This document shows, one piece after another, positions 47,925-58,500 of a stretch of 64,000 bases of DNA (its first letter is position 1; every line of letters begins with the position of its first letter). The stretch spans positions 3,108-67,107 of the forward strand of contig JBDLRS010000092.1 of the NCBI GenBank assembly GCA_039799965.1, read 5' to 3'. Both the position numbers and the translations under genes were made by a program. Source of the stretch: Pseudomonadota bacterium (GTDB taxonomy: Bacteria > Bdellovibrionota_C > UBA2361 > OMII01). Below the pieces are notes generated by a model. That model did no database searches. It was given only the letters and a program-made list of their open reading frames with translations, and had not been told where the DNA came from.

Positions 47925-48248
47925 CTAAGCTGCCTTAGTTGACGAGATCGTTTTCCCCAATTCTTTTGAGGAAATACCAAGAACAAAAAGCGCCTTACAG
48001 ATCAACTCTAAGCTGGCATCAGAAGATCCGCTTTCAAGCATAGCGACTCGCGATTGGCTAGACTTCATGAGCTTAGCTAATTGCTTTTGAGTGACGCCGG
48101 CAGCCTTCCTCACATCCTTGAGCTTTTGAACGAGGCTGATTTTCAGATCGATGACCGCCATCTCTTCGTCGGAAAGGTTAAGGAACTTCTGCGTATCAGT
48201 GATTGTATAGCCTGCTCTCTCAAGACCCTCTCGTTTTTTCTTCTTCAT
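47925..48248 (-). CDS. XRE-family HTH antitoxin (HigA-like)
   Basis: LE.AG....D...FL.LS.EE, TQ.QLA....SSQSRVA..ESG....SLE. Confidence 0.85.
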   Translation of the reverse strand: MKKKKREGLERAGYTITDTQKFLNLSDEEMAVIDLKISLVQKLKDVRKAAGVTQKQLAKLMKSSQSRVAMLESGSSDASLELICKALFVLGISSKELGKTISSTKAA

Positions 48249-48363
48249 ATTCGTCTCGGCGCTGCACCATCCGCAGTAAGAAACCAGCTTTCCGTCTAGC
48301 CTCCTCTGAGAATGGAGGTGTTTTAATTTCTCCGCTCAGGAGTAATAACGGCTTGCAATCCAT
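48220..48363 (-). pseudogene. Truncated RelE/HigB-like toxin
   Basis: Hand translation MDCKPLLLLSGEIKTPPFSEEARRKAGFLLRMVQ matches the N-terminus of this toxin family, then runs into the antitoxin in another frame; only 47 aa. Confidence 0.7.
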
Positions 48364-48649
48364 GTACTTGATAGTATCTCGAATCCGAGATATATGTCAA
48401 TGAGCTTTTTAAGCGGATTCAGGCCCATAGCGGGTGTTTTAGCAAATGCACCCAAAGGCGATAACTGGATGCATTTACTAAATGCCTTGGCCCTATCGGA
48501 TTCACGGTTAGGCACAACTCCGCGGTCGTAGCCCCCCCCCCCCCACGATGCTCAGGTCGGCTACCGCCAGTACCTAGCGATACGCCCTATTCCACGATGC
48601 AATGGATACTAGTTGGTTTATCCGGCTCCCAAGGGGTCGTGGGATAACT

Positions 48650-49228
48650 CTAGGGGCGTTTCTGGGTAGGCTTCGAGATCCTGTGCCGTTTCGCACTCTG
48701 CAGCAAACTCGGCTTCGCCTTTATGCCGGCGAACGGCTTTGATTTACGAATCATGATGCGCTTAGGCTGACGAGCCATACTCGGTTTCTTCTTGTGGACT
48801 CTACGGTATTCGACCCAGAAGGCGTCGGATAAAACTATGTCCTTTCGCATCGGCGTGAACTTACTGAAAACATCCCGTATCTCCATCGATTGATGAACGC
48901 CTCTGAATACCGCTTCATCATTTGGATACCACTTCACCAGTCTAGTAAGCACCTCAGTGGCTACGCGCTCTGGCGGCCCAAGGAATACCTTGGCCTTTGC
49001 AAGCCTCTTGAAGAAGAAGTTAAGCAGCTTATCCAGGTCGGTCATTTTCACCATACCGGTAGGATTTTTAGCCAACGCATACAGCACATTCTTACCGATC
49101 TTAGTCTCCTTCTGTAACTTAACGAGAGTTGGATTCCCGCAACCTGGGGTCTCATTCAACCAAAGCAACATTTCGTTCAAATCAATAACCAGCATTCGAG
49201 GACTCCTCTCAGTCAGTACGCGCTCCAT
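48650..49228 (-). CDS. Putative Cro/CI-like HTH regulator with a basic tail
   Basis: TLVKLQKETKIGKNVLYALA.N....V.M..LDKL..FF HTH pattern; divergent from xis-int. Confidence 0.55.
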   Translation of the reverse strand: MERVLTERSPRMLVIDLNEMLLWLNETPGCGNPTLVKLQKETKIGKNVLYALAKNPTGMVKMTDLDKLLNFFFKRLAKAKVFLGPPERVATEVLTRLVKWYPNDEAVFRGVHQSMEIRDVFSKFTPMRKDIVLSDAFWVEYRRVHKKKPSMARQPKRIMIRKSKPFAGIKAKPSLLQSAKRHRISKPTQKRP

Positions 49229-49852
49229 TAAAATCTATACCCATTTCCAAATACTACAGATATGCGCGGCTACATATACGGGTGAGTGGGCGGCGCAATC
49301 ACGCTCTCGAGTTCGCTAGAGTGCGTCACGCACATTTTAGAGGCGTCTTGAGCCGCACAATTATCATCGTCGATTTTCAGGAAGACCGGTCAATCGAAGC
49401 CTAATGGTCTATATCGCGCGTGAGATGAATCCCCTAAGTGCAGGCTCACCAGTTTGGAGCTCTGCCCATACGGACCTCATCACACGCGCAAAATTGTGAA
49501 TAAATGTTTTTCCGATTTTTAATGGAGTTTTTATGCGGCACAACAAAATAAGTCTCCCGGATAAACCAGCGAGTAACCCAATCGGAATACCGAATGACGA
49601 GCTTGGATCCCTCTCGGTCTCTCGCCATGCGAGGCATGAAGTTACACCGATTCGGAGGTCTCTGGGGTTCACACAATTCGCATTACTGATTTCGGGAAAC
49701 CGGGAAGGTTTAGACCTTCATATGGGCATCAGGACTCCTCCCCAGGTCGAACGCTCGAGTTCAGATCCATGTACGATTATTAGGAAACTGCGAGGGATGA
49801 CCCATAAGTACTTCAGCCGGGAGAGATTCATTCAATTTTTGCGGAGGGTTTT

Positions 49853-50074
49853 ATGAGGCTAACCAAAATGTCTGACAACAGCCACTCATCGGAGAGTCCG
49901 AAATGGATGACTACTGATGAAATCGCTGAACTTTTACGTATCAGTCGCAAAGCGGTCTACCACCGAGTGGAGCGGGGGCAAATTCCAGTGCACAGACTGG
50001 GCAGGTGCTACCGCTTCAACCGGCGCGAGATTGAGGCTGCACTAATGCTGAGCACGTCATTTTCGAACAGTTAG
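49853..50074 (+). CDS. Excisionase-family HTH protein
   Basis: MTT.EIAE.LRIS...VY..V..G.IP..RLG..YRF. Confidence 0.88.
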   Translation: MRLTKMSDNSHSSESPKWMTTDEIAELLRISRKAVYHRVERGQIPVHRLGRCYRFNRREIEAALMLSTSFSNS

Positions 50075-50097
50075 CGTAGGTATGTGTAGGAGGATAT

Positions 50098-51303
50098 ATG
50101 GAGCGTAAAGATGAGCTAAAGAAAATACAGGTCGAGCGCGGTATTACAAAAATATCGGGGCATGGCAAGACCGAGTACCTGATCCGAGTTTCCCGAAGAA
50201 CGCCTGGGCCTAAACCTCGCAGGATTTACAAGCAGGGCCATGCGGCCACGCTGCTGCAGGCGAGGAGACTAAGAGAAGACTTTCTGATTGCCCTCAAAGC
50301 AGCGGCCGAGAAGAAAGCCTGTCCGACGGTTGGGGAATACCTTCCAGACTATCTCCGGCATCTCGAGGCCCAAAGACGCGCTTCGACGGTCTTTCGCCAG
50401 CGCTCTATTATACAAGCCCAGATACTCCCTACCTTAAGAGACAGACCCCTCGATGAGATAAGCGTACAGGAACTTGAGGACCTGATTGACAAGGTTTGCG
50501 CTGGCAAGAGCACCCAGACCAAGAAGCACTTCATTTCATATCTGTCGGACATCTTCGCAAGAGCACTTAAGAAGGGCTTGATTGTCTTCAATCCAGTGGA
50601 CCGAATCGACCGCCCCAAAATTGTCAAAAAGGATCAGTTGTTTCTCTCAGAAGAGGAAGCACGGAAGCTTCTCACCTACCTTCGCGAAAACTACAAGCTT
50701 ATGTTTCAGCATGTGGCGCTGGCGATCTATACGATGTGCCGAGCAGGCGAGCTTCGAGCTTTAACCTGGGCAGATATAGATTGGCATGGCCGCCAAATAA
50801 CGGTGAATAAAACTCGCGACGCAAAAACCGGTCTCAAACTGGGCACCAAGAACTCCGAATCGCGAAAGGTCCCCATCAATAATGAGCTACTAGCCATTCT
50901 TGAGGAGCTACGCCGAGAAACATTCAGCTCTCCCTCCGAGCCCATACTACCGCACTGGCGTGAATTCGCATCTGGAGAGCAAGGAAAACCGCTGAAGCTG
51001 ATCTGTCAGAGCCTGCAGCTCCCACCAATTCGGTTCCATGATTTACGAGCGACCGGAATCACACTGCTGCTCCTCAAAGGGGTGGCTCTTACACGCGTAA
51101 TGCTCGTTGCAGGACACAAGAGGATAAGCAGTACCAATATCTATTTGCGCGCATCAGGCCGCGAAGCAGAAGGAGCCACGGATTGCCTTCAACTCCTTGA
51201 AGAGAGTTCTACCCAAAACGTAGCAGTACAAAACCCAAACAACCTTGAGAAGAAGGCAACGGCAGCTGTCACAGAAGAATTGGTAGATCAAACGGAGGAC
51301 TAA
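50098..51303 (+). CDS. Tyrosine recombinase/integrase
   Basis: R.GEL.AL.W.DID, K, FHDLRAT, AGH...ST..Y catalytic residues. Confidence 0.94.
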   Translation: MERKDELKKIQVERGITKISGHGKTEYLIRVSRRTPGPKPRRIYKQGHAATLLQARRLREDFLIALKAAAEKKACPTVGEYLPDYLRHLEAQRRASTVFRQRSIIQAQILPTLRDRPLDEISVQELEDLIDKVCAGKSTQTKKHFISYLSDIFARALKKGLIVFNPVDRIDRPKIVKKDQLFLSEEEARKLLTYLRENYKLMFQHVALAIYTMCRAGELRALTWADIDWHGRQITVNKTRDAKTGLKLGTKNSESRKVPINNELLAILEELRRETFSSPSEPILPHWREFASGEQGKPLKLICQSLQLPPIRFHDLRATGITLLLLKGVALTRVMLVAGHKRISSTNIYLRASGREAEGATDCLQLLEESSTQNVAVQNPNNLEKKATAAVTEELVDQTED

Positions 51304-51304
51304 G

Positions 51305-51505
51305 ATGCAGACAATACTACGACCCAAAGATGTACAGAGAATGATCGGTCTATCGAGAACGACAATTTGGCGTCTCGAACAGCGGGGACTATTCCCGCTG
51401 CGGCGTCAGCTTGGCGCTCGGATAGTTGGTTGGCTGGAGGAGGATATCAGCGCATGGCTGGAATCACTACCAACGGCTCAGCCAAAGAACGCAACGCAGA
51501 AATAA
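51305..51505 (+). CDS. AlpA-family regulator
   Basis: ILR...V....GLSRTTIWR....G.FP....LG...VGW....I..W. Confidence 0.92.
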   Translation: MQTILRPKDVQRMIGLSRTTIWRLEQRGLFPLRRQLGARIVGWLEEDISAWLESLPTAQPKNATQK

Positions 51506-51583
51506 GAACAAAGTAAAAATTAGGCCAGAGCCGCTCAGCTAATTCGGGCATGGGCGGCTCCGACCCGCAAATGAGGAAACACC

Positions 51584-53818
51584 ATGATAAATCACGACTA
51601 TATTTATAACGACACAATCACGCTTAACCCGTCTAACAACGATCGGAACCGCGCAGACTGCGAACGCTTTCTGGGCGCTCTGCTCCACACTGATAGCCCA
51701 GCGACGGAGCCAGTAACGTTTCAGGTCTTTAATGATCGGGACCCTGGGTTGGGTATCGCTCGAAATTTCAGGCGTACCTTGAACGAACACTGGGAGACTC
51801 TGTTGCGCTATAACGAGCAGGGTATGGGGATTTTCGCCACCATTAACGAGTGCGACGATCGCGGTCGAAAGGCACAGAACGTCAAGCGAGTAAGAGCCGT
51901 CTTCGTTGATCTAGACGGTGCCCCCCTTCACCCCGTCGAGGATTTTGCAATATCCCCCAACATCATCGTCGAGTCGAGCCCAGGCCGCTTCCATGCCTAC
52001 TGGAGCGTAAAGGATTGCTCCCTTGAGGAATTCTCTGGGATCCAACGACGCCTCGCTCGCCTGTTTAACGGTGACCGTGCTGTCCACGATCTACCAAGAG
52101 TGATGCGGCTGCCGGGCTTCCTACATCAGAAGAACACGCCGTATCTGACTCGGGTACTGAAAGCCGACCAAGTGATGTACGGGATTGGTCAGATTGCGCA
52201 GCACCTTCCTGCAGCTCCTGAAAGTCAGAGTGACCCCCATTTCAACCAGGTAGGGACATCCACTCCGATTGAAGAGATCGAAGAGATGCTAAGCTTTTTG
52301 CCGGCGGACAACTACGATGATTGGCTGAGGACTGGCATGGCGATCCACTCTCAGCATCCTGGCGAAGAGGGCCTTGCGCTATTCAGAAAATGGAGCGCCT
52401 CGAGCGAGAAGTACACCCCTGGTGAGCCCGAAAGGAAGTGGAGCAGCTTTAAGGGAGCGACTTCCAAAAAGTCGATAACTCTTGGCACCCTTCGCAAACG
52501 GGCCACTGAGAATGGCTACCAGCCATCAGCTGAAACACTGAGCTACCAAGATTACATAAACTTTGCTCTTGAAAAGCTTGGTGACATAAAGCAGGACATC
52601 TTCACAGATGAGCCCATGGTACCGAAGCGAGGCGGGGGTTGGGAGCCACTGCTCAATAACATCTCTTACCTTGAATCGTACGCGTTAGAGGACCCTCGCC
52701 ACTTCATGTTGTCCACCTTTCCGCGCCACTTTGCTCGATTGGCCAAAGAGGATCTCCAGCCTGAGCTTCTTGTTGCCTTACCCACATGGGATGGCGTCGA
52801 TAGGCTCATGGAGATCTGCCAGGTACTTCGGTGCGCACATTTCTCAAGCCCTCAGCTCTATGAATTGCTGCGACACTGGGTCGTAGGGATGTTTCGCCGA
52901 TTGGCGGACCCTACGCTGCAAAACCCGATGATTATCCTCAAGGGTGCACAGGGGGTTGGTAAAGACACCTTGATAAGTGCTCTGTTGGGTGGTTTGGGTG
53001 AGTACCTTAAGGAGTTAGATATAAGCAGCCGCGAGGCAGAGGCTCAACTGCATATGGGGCTGGTATTCAAGGTGTCGGAGTTCGACCGGGCTGCCCGGAC
53101 GAATGTGGCGACCCTCAAACATCTCCTCACCGTTTCCAGCACTCACTGTAGATTACCCTACGATCGGAGACCTCAGAACCGGATGGTGCGGGCGTCGTTC
53201 ATATCTAGCTGCAACGTGGACGACATCCTGCGGGATACCACGGGAAATAGGCGTTATTGGATCATCGAGCTATCGTATGGTGGGTTCCCTGCTAAAACGG
53301 TTGACCCAGAGCCGGGGCAATCCAGCCACGTCTCATACTTCGCTAAGACCCCTGATGCGACATATCCGGGAATGTTCTGCCGGCCAAACTATCGGGCCGA
53401 ACAGTTACAGATCCTAGCTCAAGCCCAAGCGCTTGCGCAGCATGATACGTGCGACATCTCGCCTGAGACCAAAGCTATCATGGAGGGTCTAATCGCTAAG
53501 ATGACCCCCGATGACCCCGAGAAGGAAGCAGAAGAGCTTTGGCATGAGAGACTCACGGATTACGTTCCGCAAGCACATCAGCGTGTTAAGGGGCCTCCCC
53601 ACTGGATCTCCAACGCCGACCTCCGGGACAGCAAGATCCTTGAGGAGATATCAGCGATGGTGGGTCTTTCGATACACCGGATACGCAGTATGCTGAAGCG
53701 TCGGGGATTAATGCTAAAAACCCATAACGGGCGTGGCTACTTGTACCACCCTCGGATACCAAAACAGCCAACCCCAAAACCGCCACTCAATGATGATGAT
53801 CTTGATCTGGATGAGTAG
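51584..53818 (+). CDS. Primase-helicase: RepB-type primase, PriCT-2 and VirE/VapE-like ATPase
   Basis: VFVDLDG, ESSPGRFHAYW, RVMRLPG; YDDWLRTGMAIH...F..WS; Walker A GAQGVGKD, D.TGNRR.W. Confidence 0.88.
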   Translation: MINHDYIYNDTITLNPSNNDRNRADCERFLGALLHTDSPATEPVTFQVFNDRDPGLGIARNFRRTLNEHWETLLRYNEQGMGIFATINECDDRGRKAQNVKRVRAVFVDLDGAPLHPVEDFAISPNIIVESSPGRFHAYWSVKDCSLEEFSGIQRRLARLFNGDRAVHDLPRVMRLPGFLHQKNTPYLTRVLKADQVMYGIGQIAQHLPAAPESQSDPHFNQVGTSTPIEEIEEMLSFLPADNYDDWLRTGMAIHSQHPGEEGLALFRKWSASSEKYTPGEPERKWSSFKGATSKKSITLGTLRKRATENGYQPSAETLSYQDYINFALEKLGDIKQDIFTDEPMVPKRGGGWEPLLNNISYLESYALEDPRHFMLSTFPRHFARLAKEDLQPELLVALPTWDGVDRLMEICQVLRCAHFSSPQLYELLRHWVVGMFRRLADPTLQNPMIILKGAQGVGKDTLISALLGGLGEYLKELDISSREAEAQLHMGLVFKVSEFDRAARTNVATLKHLLTVSSTHCRLPYDRRPQNRMVRASFISSCNVDDILRDTTGNRRYWIIELSYGGFPAKTVDPEPGQSSHVSYFAKTPDATYPGMFCRPNYRAEQLQILAQAQALAQHDTCDISPETKAIMEGLIAKMTPDDPEKEAEELWHERLTDYVPQAHQRVKGPPHWISNADLRDSKILEEISAMVGLSIHRIRSMLKRRGLMLKTHNGRGYLYHPRIPKQPTPKPPLNDDDLDLDE

Positions 53819-53819
53819 C

Positions 53820-53952
53820 GTGACGCTGTGACGTTAGTGACACGGGGATGCACACTTTATCGTGCATCCCCCGGCGACGGGTTGGATGCAGAATATGTAT
53901 ATGATGCCCGTTTAAAGCCTCCGGATAATGTCACCGACGTCACTTACGTCAC
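53820..53952. repeat. Ori-like array of opposed short repeats around a hairpin
   Basis: GTGAC at 53820, 53828 and 53837; hairpin GGGGATGCAC/GTGCATCCCC at 53844-53871; GTCAC at 53930, 53939 and 53948. Confidence 0.65.
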
Positions 53953-54121
53953 GGTCTTGCCTTTCCCCAGTAAAACATCTTTCAGCTTTTATCCTAGAGG
54001 GGGTTTGCCCTCGGACTATCAACTGGCAGGAACAAAGCTCATCAGCGCCCGATCATCAGCGACCTTTGATCCTCGAGAACAAGGTAATCGTCCTATTAAC
54101 CGACCGTTCAGAGAATTACTC

Positions 54122-54679
54122 TCACGAGTTCTTCTGCAATACTCTTTTCAGTTGTCGCCGCCCCTCTCTCGCCTGCGCTGACCTGGATGATTTATTGAGG
54201 TTAGGAAACACTCTCTGAACCTCTCTCAGCATCCTCGCAGTTTTATCAGAAGCTGCATTGAACGCAGTGCAGTGTTTAGCGATATACCAAAGCTCAAATA
54301 CCAGTAGCTCCGGCGGAATCTTCGTTGCACCCGCTATCAGTTTTCGATAGTTCTGAAACGAAACCCAAAGCAATCCTTCCGTCTCTTCGGGCTTCAGCTC
54401 AAGAAGCGGGTTCCCGTCTCCTTCTCTATCTGCGTGCTTGAGAAAATTCTGCGCCTTGCGAGCCATCTGCAGATAATCCTTCATGGTCATCTCATTACTG
54501 GATAGCACGTGATGCTCCCATGCCTTACCTGGAAACCTACTCTGCATGAGGTCGAAACTCACAATCGAGGCGGCACCTACGAGAGTGTGAATGGCACATG
54601 GATCTCCGTCTTCGAATAGCAGCCTGACGGCGGTGACGAGGTGCGACTTTATCGATTGAAGCTTCGAGACTTGGGGCAT
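54122..54679 (-). CDS. Helical protein, candidate HEPN-like RNase
   Basis: TAVRL.F...D..AIHTL.GAA and RKAQNFLKHAD (R/N..KH) pattern. Confidence 0.5.
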   Translation of the reverse strand: MPQVSKLQSIKSHLVTAVRLLFEDGDPCAIHTLVGAASIVSFDLMQSRFPGKAWEHHVLSSNEMTMKDYLQMARKAQNFLKHADREGDGNPLLELKPEETEGLLWVSFQNYRKLIAGATKIPPELLVFELWYIAKHCTAFNAASDKTARMLREVQRVFPNLNKSSRSAQAREGRRQLKRVLQKNS

Positions 54680-54689
54680 TGTTTGCTTC

Positions 54690-54956
54690 CTAAATACGGC
54701 CAGAATCCAGAGGGACTCCAAACCACGGAACAAATGACTTGGACTCTTCAAAGAGCGTGTGCTTGGTCTCGTGGAAATTTTTACTGCTGAAGGCGCCCGT
54801 GATCATCGCCTCTTTAATTTCCCCAGACTTACTTGCTCGATAGGTGCAAGACACCTCATGGCCGCCAATTTCTGCTGTTACCGACACGGTTATATGACCG
54901 GCCTTCACAGAGCGATCCCCGATTCCTGTAATCACGCAGCGTTCTTTGAGTTGCAT
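54690..54956 (-). CDS. Small hypothetical protein
   Basis: 88-aa ORF ending 10 bp upstream of the HEPN-like gene. Confidence 0.4.
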   Translation of the reverse strand: MQLKERCVITGIGDRSVKAGHITVSVTAEIGGHEVSCTYRASKSGEIKEAMITGAFSSKNFHETKHTLFEESKSFVPWFGVPLDSGRI

Positions 54957-55110
54957 AAAATTCTCCCAATAAATAATCAATTACTGAGATTATCCTCGAT
55001 ATGGCCAAACTCCTGAAGCAATAAAATCTATAATTTTCAGGCTAATCCTAACGATGCATATCAAACCGAGCATGTGTCAACCTTTAACGGAGACGAATCG
55101 GTTACATGTG

Positions 55111-55569
55111 CTAGCTTGAAGCGCGCGACTTGGGCATCTGAAATGGGATCTTAAACGACTCCGCTACACGTGCAGCTGCGTGATCCCAGGTCACAAAACA
55201 CAACCCTTCGTACAAGCAAACCTCGAGATTGACGGCATCTCCTGGATTTCCGCGATCACGGGGCTTAATTTCCTCAAGCGCCGCAAAAATGTTCGCATAA
55301 AATCGACCATTTCGATCCCAGTCGACGCCCCAAGGCGATCCCCACGGTGTGGAATGAGTAGTAACGTGTTGTGCATCCTTCAAGGTTACTAAGTCGGCGA
55401 ATACCTCTAACAACTGCTGACGACGCGATGTATTCGAGGTTCTCTCAAGCTCTATTCGCTGCCACGAAGAGTAAACATATTTACCCTCTGGTAGAGAACA
55501 CCATTCAATTCCCCCATCAAGCAATTCGTTGAAGATGTTAGTATCGACAAGAAAGCGCCCCTGATTCAA
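55111..55569 (-). CDS. PIN-domain protein
   Basis: FLVDTNIF, E, D and FVTWD acidic tetrad pattern. Confidence 0.75.
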   Translation of the reverse strand: MNQGRFLVDTNIFNELLDGGIEWCSLPEGKYVYSSWQRIELERTSNTSRRQQLLEVFADLVTLKDAQHVTTHSTPWGSPWGVDWDRNGRFYANIFAALEEIKPRDRGNPGDAVNLEVCLYEGLCFVTWDHAAARVAESFKIPFQMPKSRASS

Positions 55570-55578
55570 CGCGCCCCC

Positions 55579-58500
55579 CTACTCCACCTCAAACCCATGA
55601 CTAGCAAACTTCAAGCTCTTACCGTTTTCGGTCACGGTTCGGACTAGTTGCTCACCGGCGCCTTCCGGCAATACTGCTTCGATCTCGAGGGTCACTGTTA
55701 CCTTGGCGCCTGCTTGCACGACTAGGTGCGAGATTAGCTCGTCTGCTATCCTACTTGCATCGCGACCTACCCTGGTTGCATCGAGCTCTACCGTACCGTG
55801 ATAACGCTTTGGTCGGGCGGGTACTGGTGCCACCGGTGCAGCTCCAGGCTTACCTGACGCAACGGGAGTACCTCCCTGGGTCACTGTAGGGTCTACCACC
55901 GTGTCGATTCCACCGATAGCACTTGTGGTAGTGCTAGCGGTGCTAGCTGCTGCGGCAGCAGCAGCTTCGGCTGCTTGCTGGGCTACTGCGACCGGAGGTT
56001 TTACGAGCAGATAATTGCTCTCTGCGTACACGGGCACATTCTTGTTTGTAACGAGTCCCTTATATCGACCTGTTGCCTCATCGAATGATTCCGCTATTGC
56101 GAAGGCATCGGCCGCCCAGTTGATGAGCGCTGGACCATCGGCTATCGCCTTGAGCAGAACCTCTGAACTACTGAGCCTTGGCAGATAAGGGTAACGAGCG
56201 AAATCGTCGACTAGCTGCCGAACGGGTACGTGATCGCCACGCCAAAGAGGGATCTTATCGAGATACGTCTTGAGCACGGTCGCCCCGATATTCGGGAAGA
56301 GGTCATCATCGGCCTTAAGCCTCTTTGATGCCCGCACAGCTAGGGGATCACTTCCCTTGAGAGCGGTAGCTTTCCACCCTACAGACTCCTGTGGGGTGTT
56401 CTGCGTGGGAACTAAGAGCCACTGATACACCTCTGGAATCTGCGCCTTCACGCGAGTCTCAGCGGTCGTACGCTGGGTCTCTGCTTGCTTTACCTGATGG
56501 GGTCCAAGGTTGAGGGTTTCCTTCTCATCGAGAATAGACTCCCAAGCCATTAACTTACGCACTGCGTCCTCTAAGTCCTGAAGCCTTACGCGGTCGGCAG
56601 CAAGGAACACGAGCGAGTTGCGATATATTCGAGGTGAGTTGCCACGGGACTCAAGGATCGCTTTCGCTGCAACCTCAGCCGCGTTTCCACTCTCTTTGCT
56701 GTATCCGTGCTCTGCGCGCAGCACGACGAGGCGAGCATCTGTGTCATCGGGCACATCAACACCCGATTCAGGAAGCCCATGGATGCGCTTAAAGTCACCC
56801 ATTGTCTTTAAGTCGGCCCGAACACGGTCTTCAAGCTCCATTACAACTTTGTCGTGGTCACGCTTGTACTGTTCGGCGCGATCATCAGCGAGCTTGGTTA
56901 CAGTAGGCTGGGTATCGTACCAGGCCCGCGGACCGTCCTGGTAAAGATAGGTAGCCAGCGACCCCAAACGCCTGAGAGCGTCACCAAATACCGCAACAGT
57001 TTCACCAGGCATAACGCAACCCAGCTTAATGCGTCGGTCTTCGACACCACGTTGGGACGCTGCTGTAGATGGTGCAGAGCCTAGGTAGATCGTTCTTGCC
57101 ACTCTACGAGTTGCGTGAAGCTTACCAAGAGCTGACTGCTCAGCATCTATCTTGTGTGGTAGAGAATTAGGCCCATCGACATCCTTCTCGATGATAGGTG
57201 CCCACTGATCAGAGAGGTATCTCGTTAATTCAAACTGAACACGCGGATCATCTATCGGAATCATCGAGGGTAGGATCAACGCATTACGATCACCCTTATC
57301 CCAGAGGCTGTGAATCACCGCAGCCATTAAACGCAACACTCCTCGTGTGCGCTGAAACTTAACCAGCGTTGACCAATCGGTATAGAGCCTATCGAAGATT
57401 TCCGGATGGATTGGGTAGGCTGATTTAATACGAGCTTCATACTCAGAAGTGGCACACTCCGGAGGAAACTCACTCTTTTGCGCCCGGTACATATCGGCAA
57501 AGGCTCTAGCCGTTACATCACGGTGCTTAAAGTTATCTCCCGATAGGTTCTCAAAGAGACGTCTTCTAACGATCTCAAAACCCTCTTCAGCGCTCGCAGG
57601 CCGCCACGAGCTCTCTACACGGCCCACGACGTTTCTAAGCCGCTCAAGCGCCTCGCGACCACGGATACCACCAACCTCTACGTCATCAGCGTTATTGGTA
57701 TGCGGCGAACCTGCCGTATCGGATGCAGGAAGAGAGATAACTAGGAGACAGTTGCCGGCAAGTTTAGCCGACTCGGTTAGCGCCTGGGCGAACGAGAACT
57801 GCGTCTCGAAACCACCTCCTGGCAGATCGCTTTGATCGTGGAGCTGACGAGCGTATGCTACCCACTCATCGATCAGGATTAAACACGGACCATATTCCTT
57901 GAATAGCTCTCTCAGTAGATCGCCTGGATTGGTGGCCCTTTCATCATCGTGACGGATACGCTCATAGGCCTTCTTACCTCCTAGCTGATACGCCAACTCT
58001 CCCCATAGGGTCCGTACTACTGTGCCATCTGCTTTGACTGACGGATTACCTGGTGAAATCTTGTTACCTACAAGCACCACTCGCTTCGTTGCAGGAATCG
58101 AGGTAACACCAGCTTCTGCCATTACCGCATCGATACCAGGCAGTGATGATGTTGGCACCTTAGATGCCAAGTGGTAGAGCGCGAGCATCGAGTGGGTTTT
58201 GCCACCGCCGAAGTTGGTTTGAAGCTGAACGACTGGATCGCCGCTAAGACCTGCCAACCTTCGTGCACCGCCGATAAGAAGCTGCTTCAAGCTTTCAGTG
58301 AGATAGGTACGGCGAAAGAACTCAATTGGATCGCGGTATTCCTCTGAACCTTCTTCTAGGTGCACCTGCCATAGGTCTGCTGCGAACTCAGCTTGCTGAT
58401 ACCGACCACTGGCGACATCTGGATGTGGAGTAACTACCTCGCGCCACGGCTTGATTGAGCCGGTTACCGCGGCTTCGATGAGAGAGCCGCCGGCTTTGCG

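Noticed and set aside
53828-54218. ORFs 53828..54181 and 53928..54218
   Set aside because: They overlie the ori-like repeats and show no recognisable protein features.
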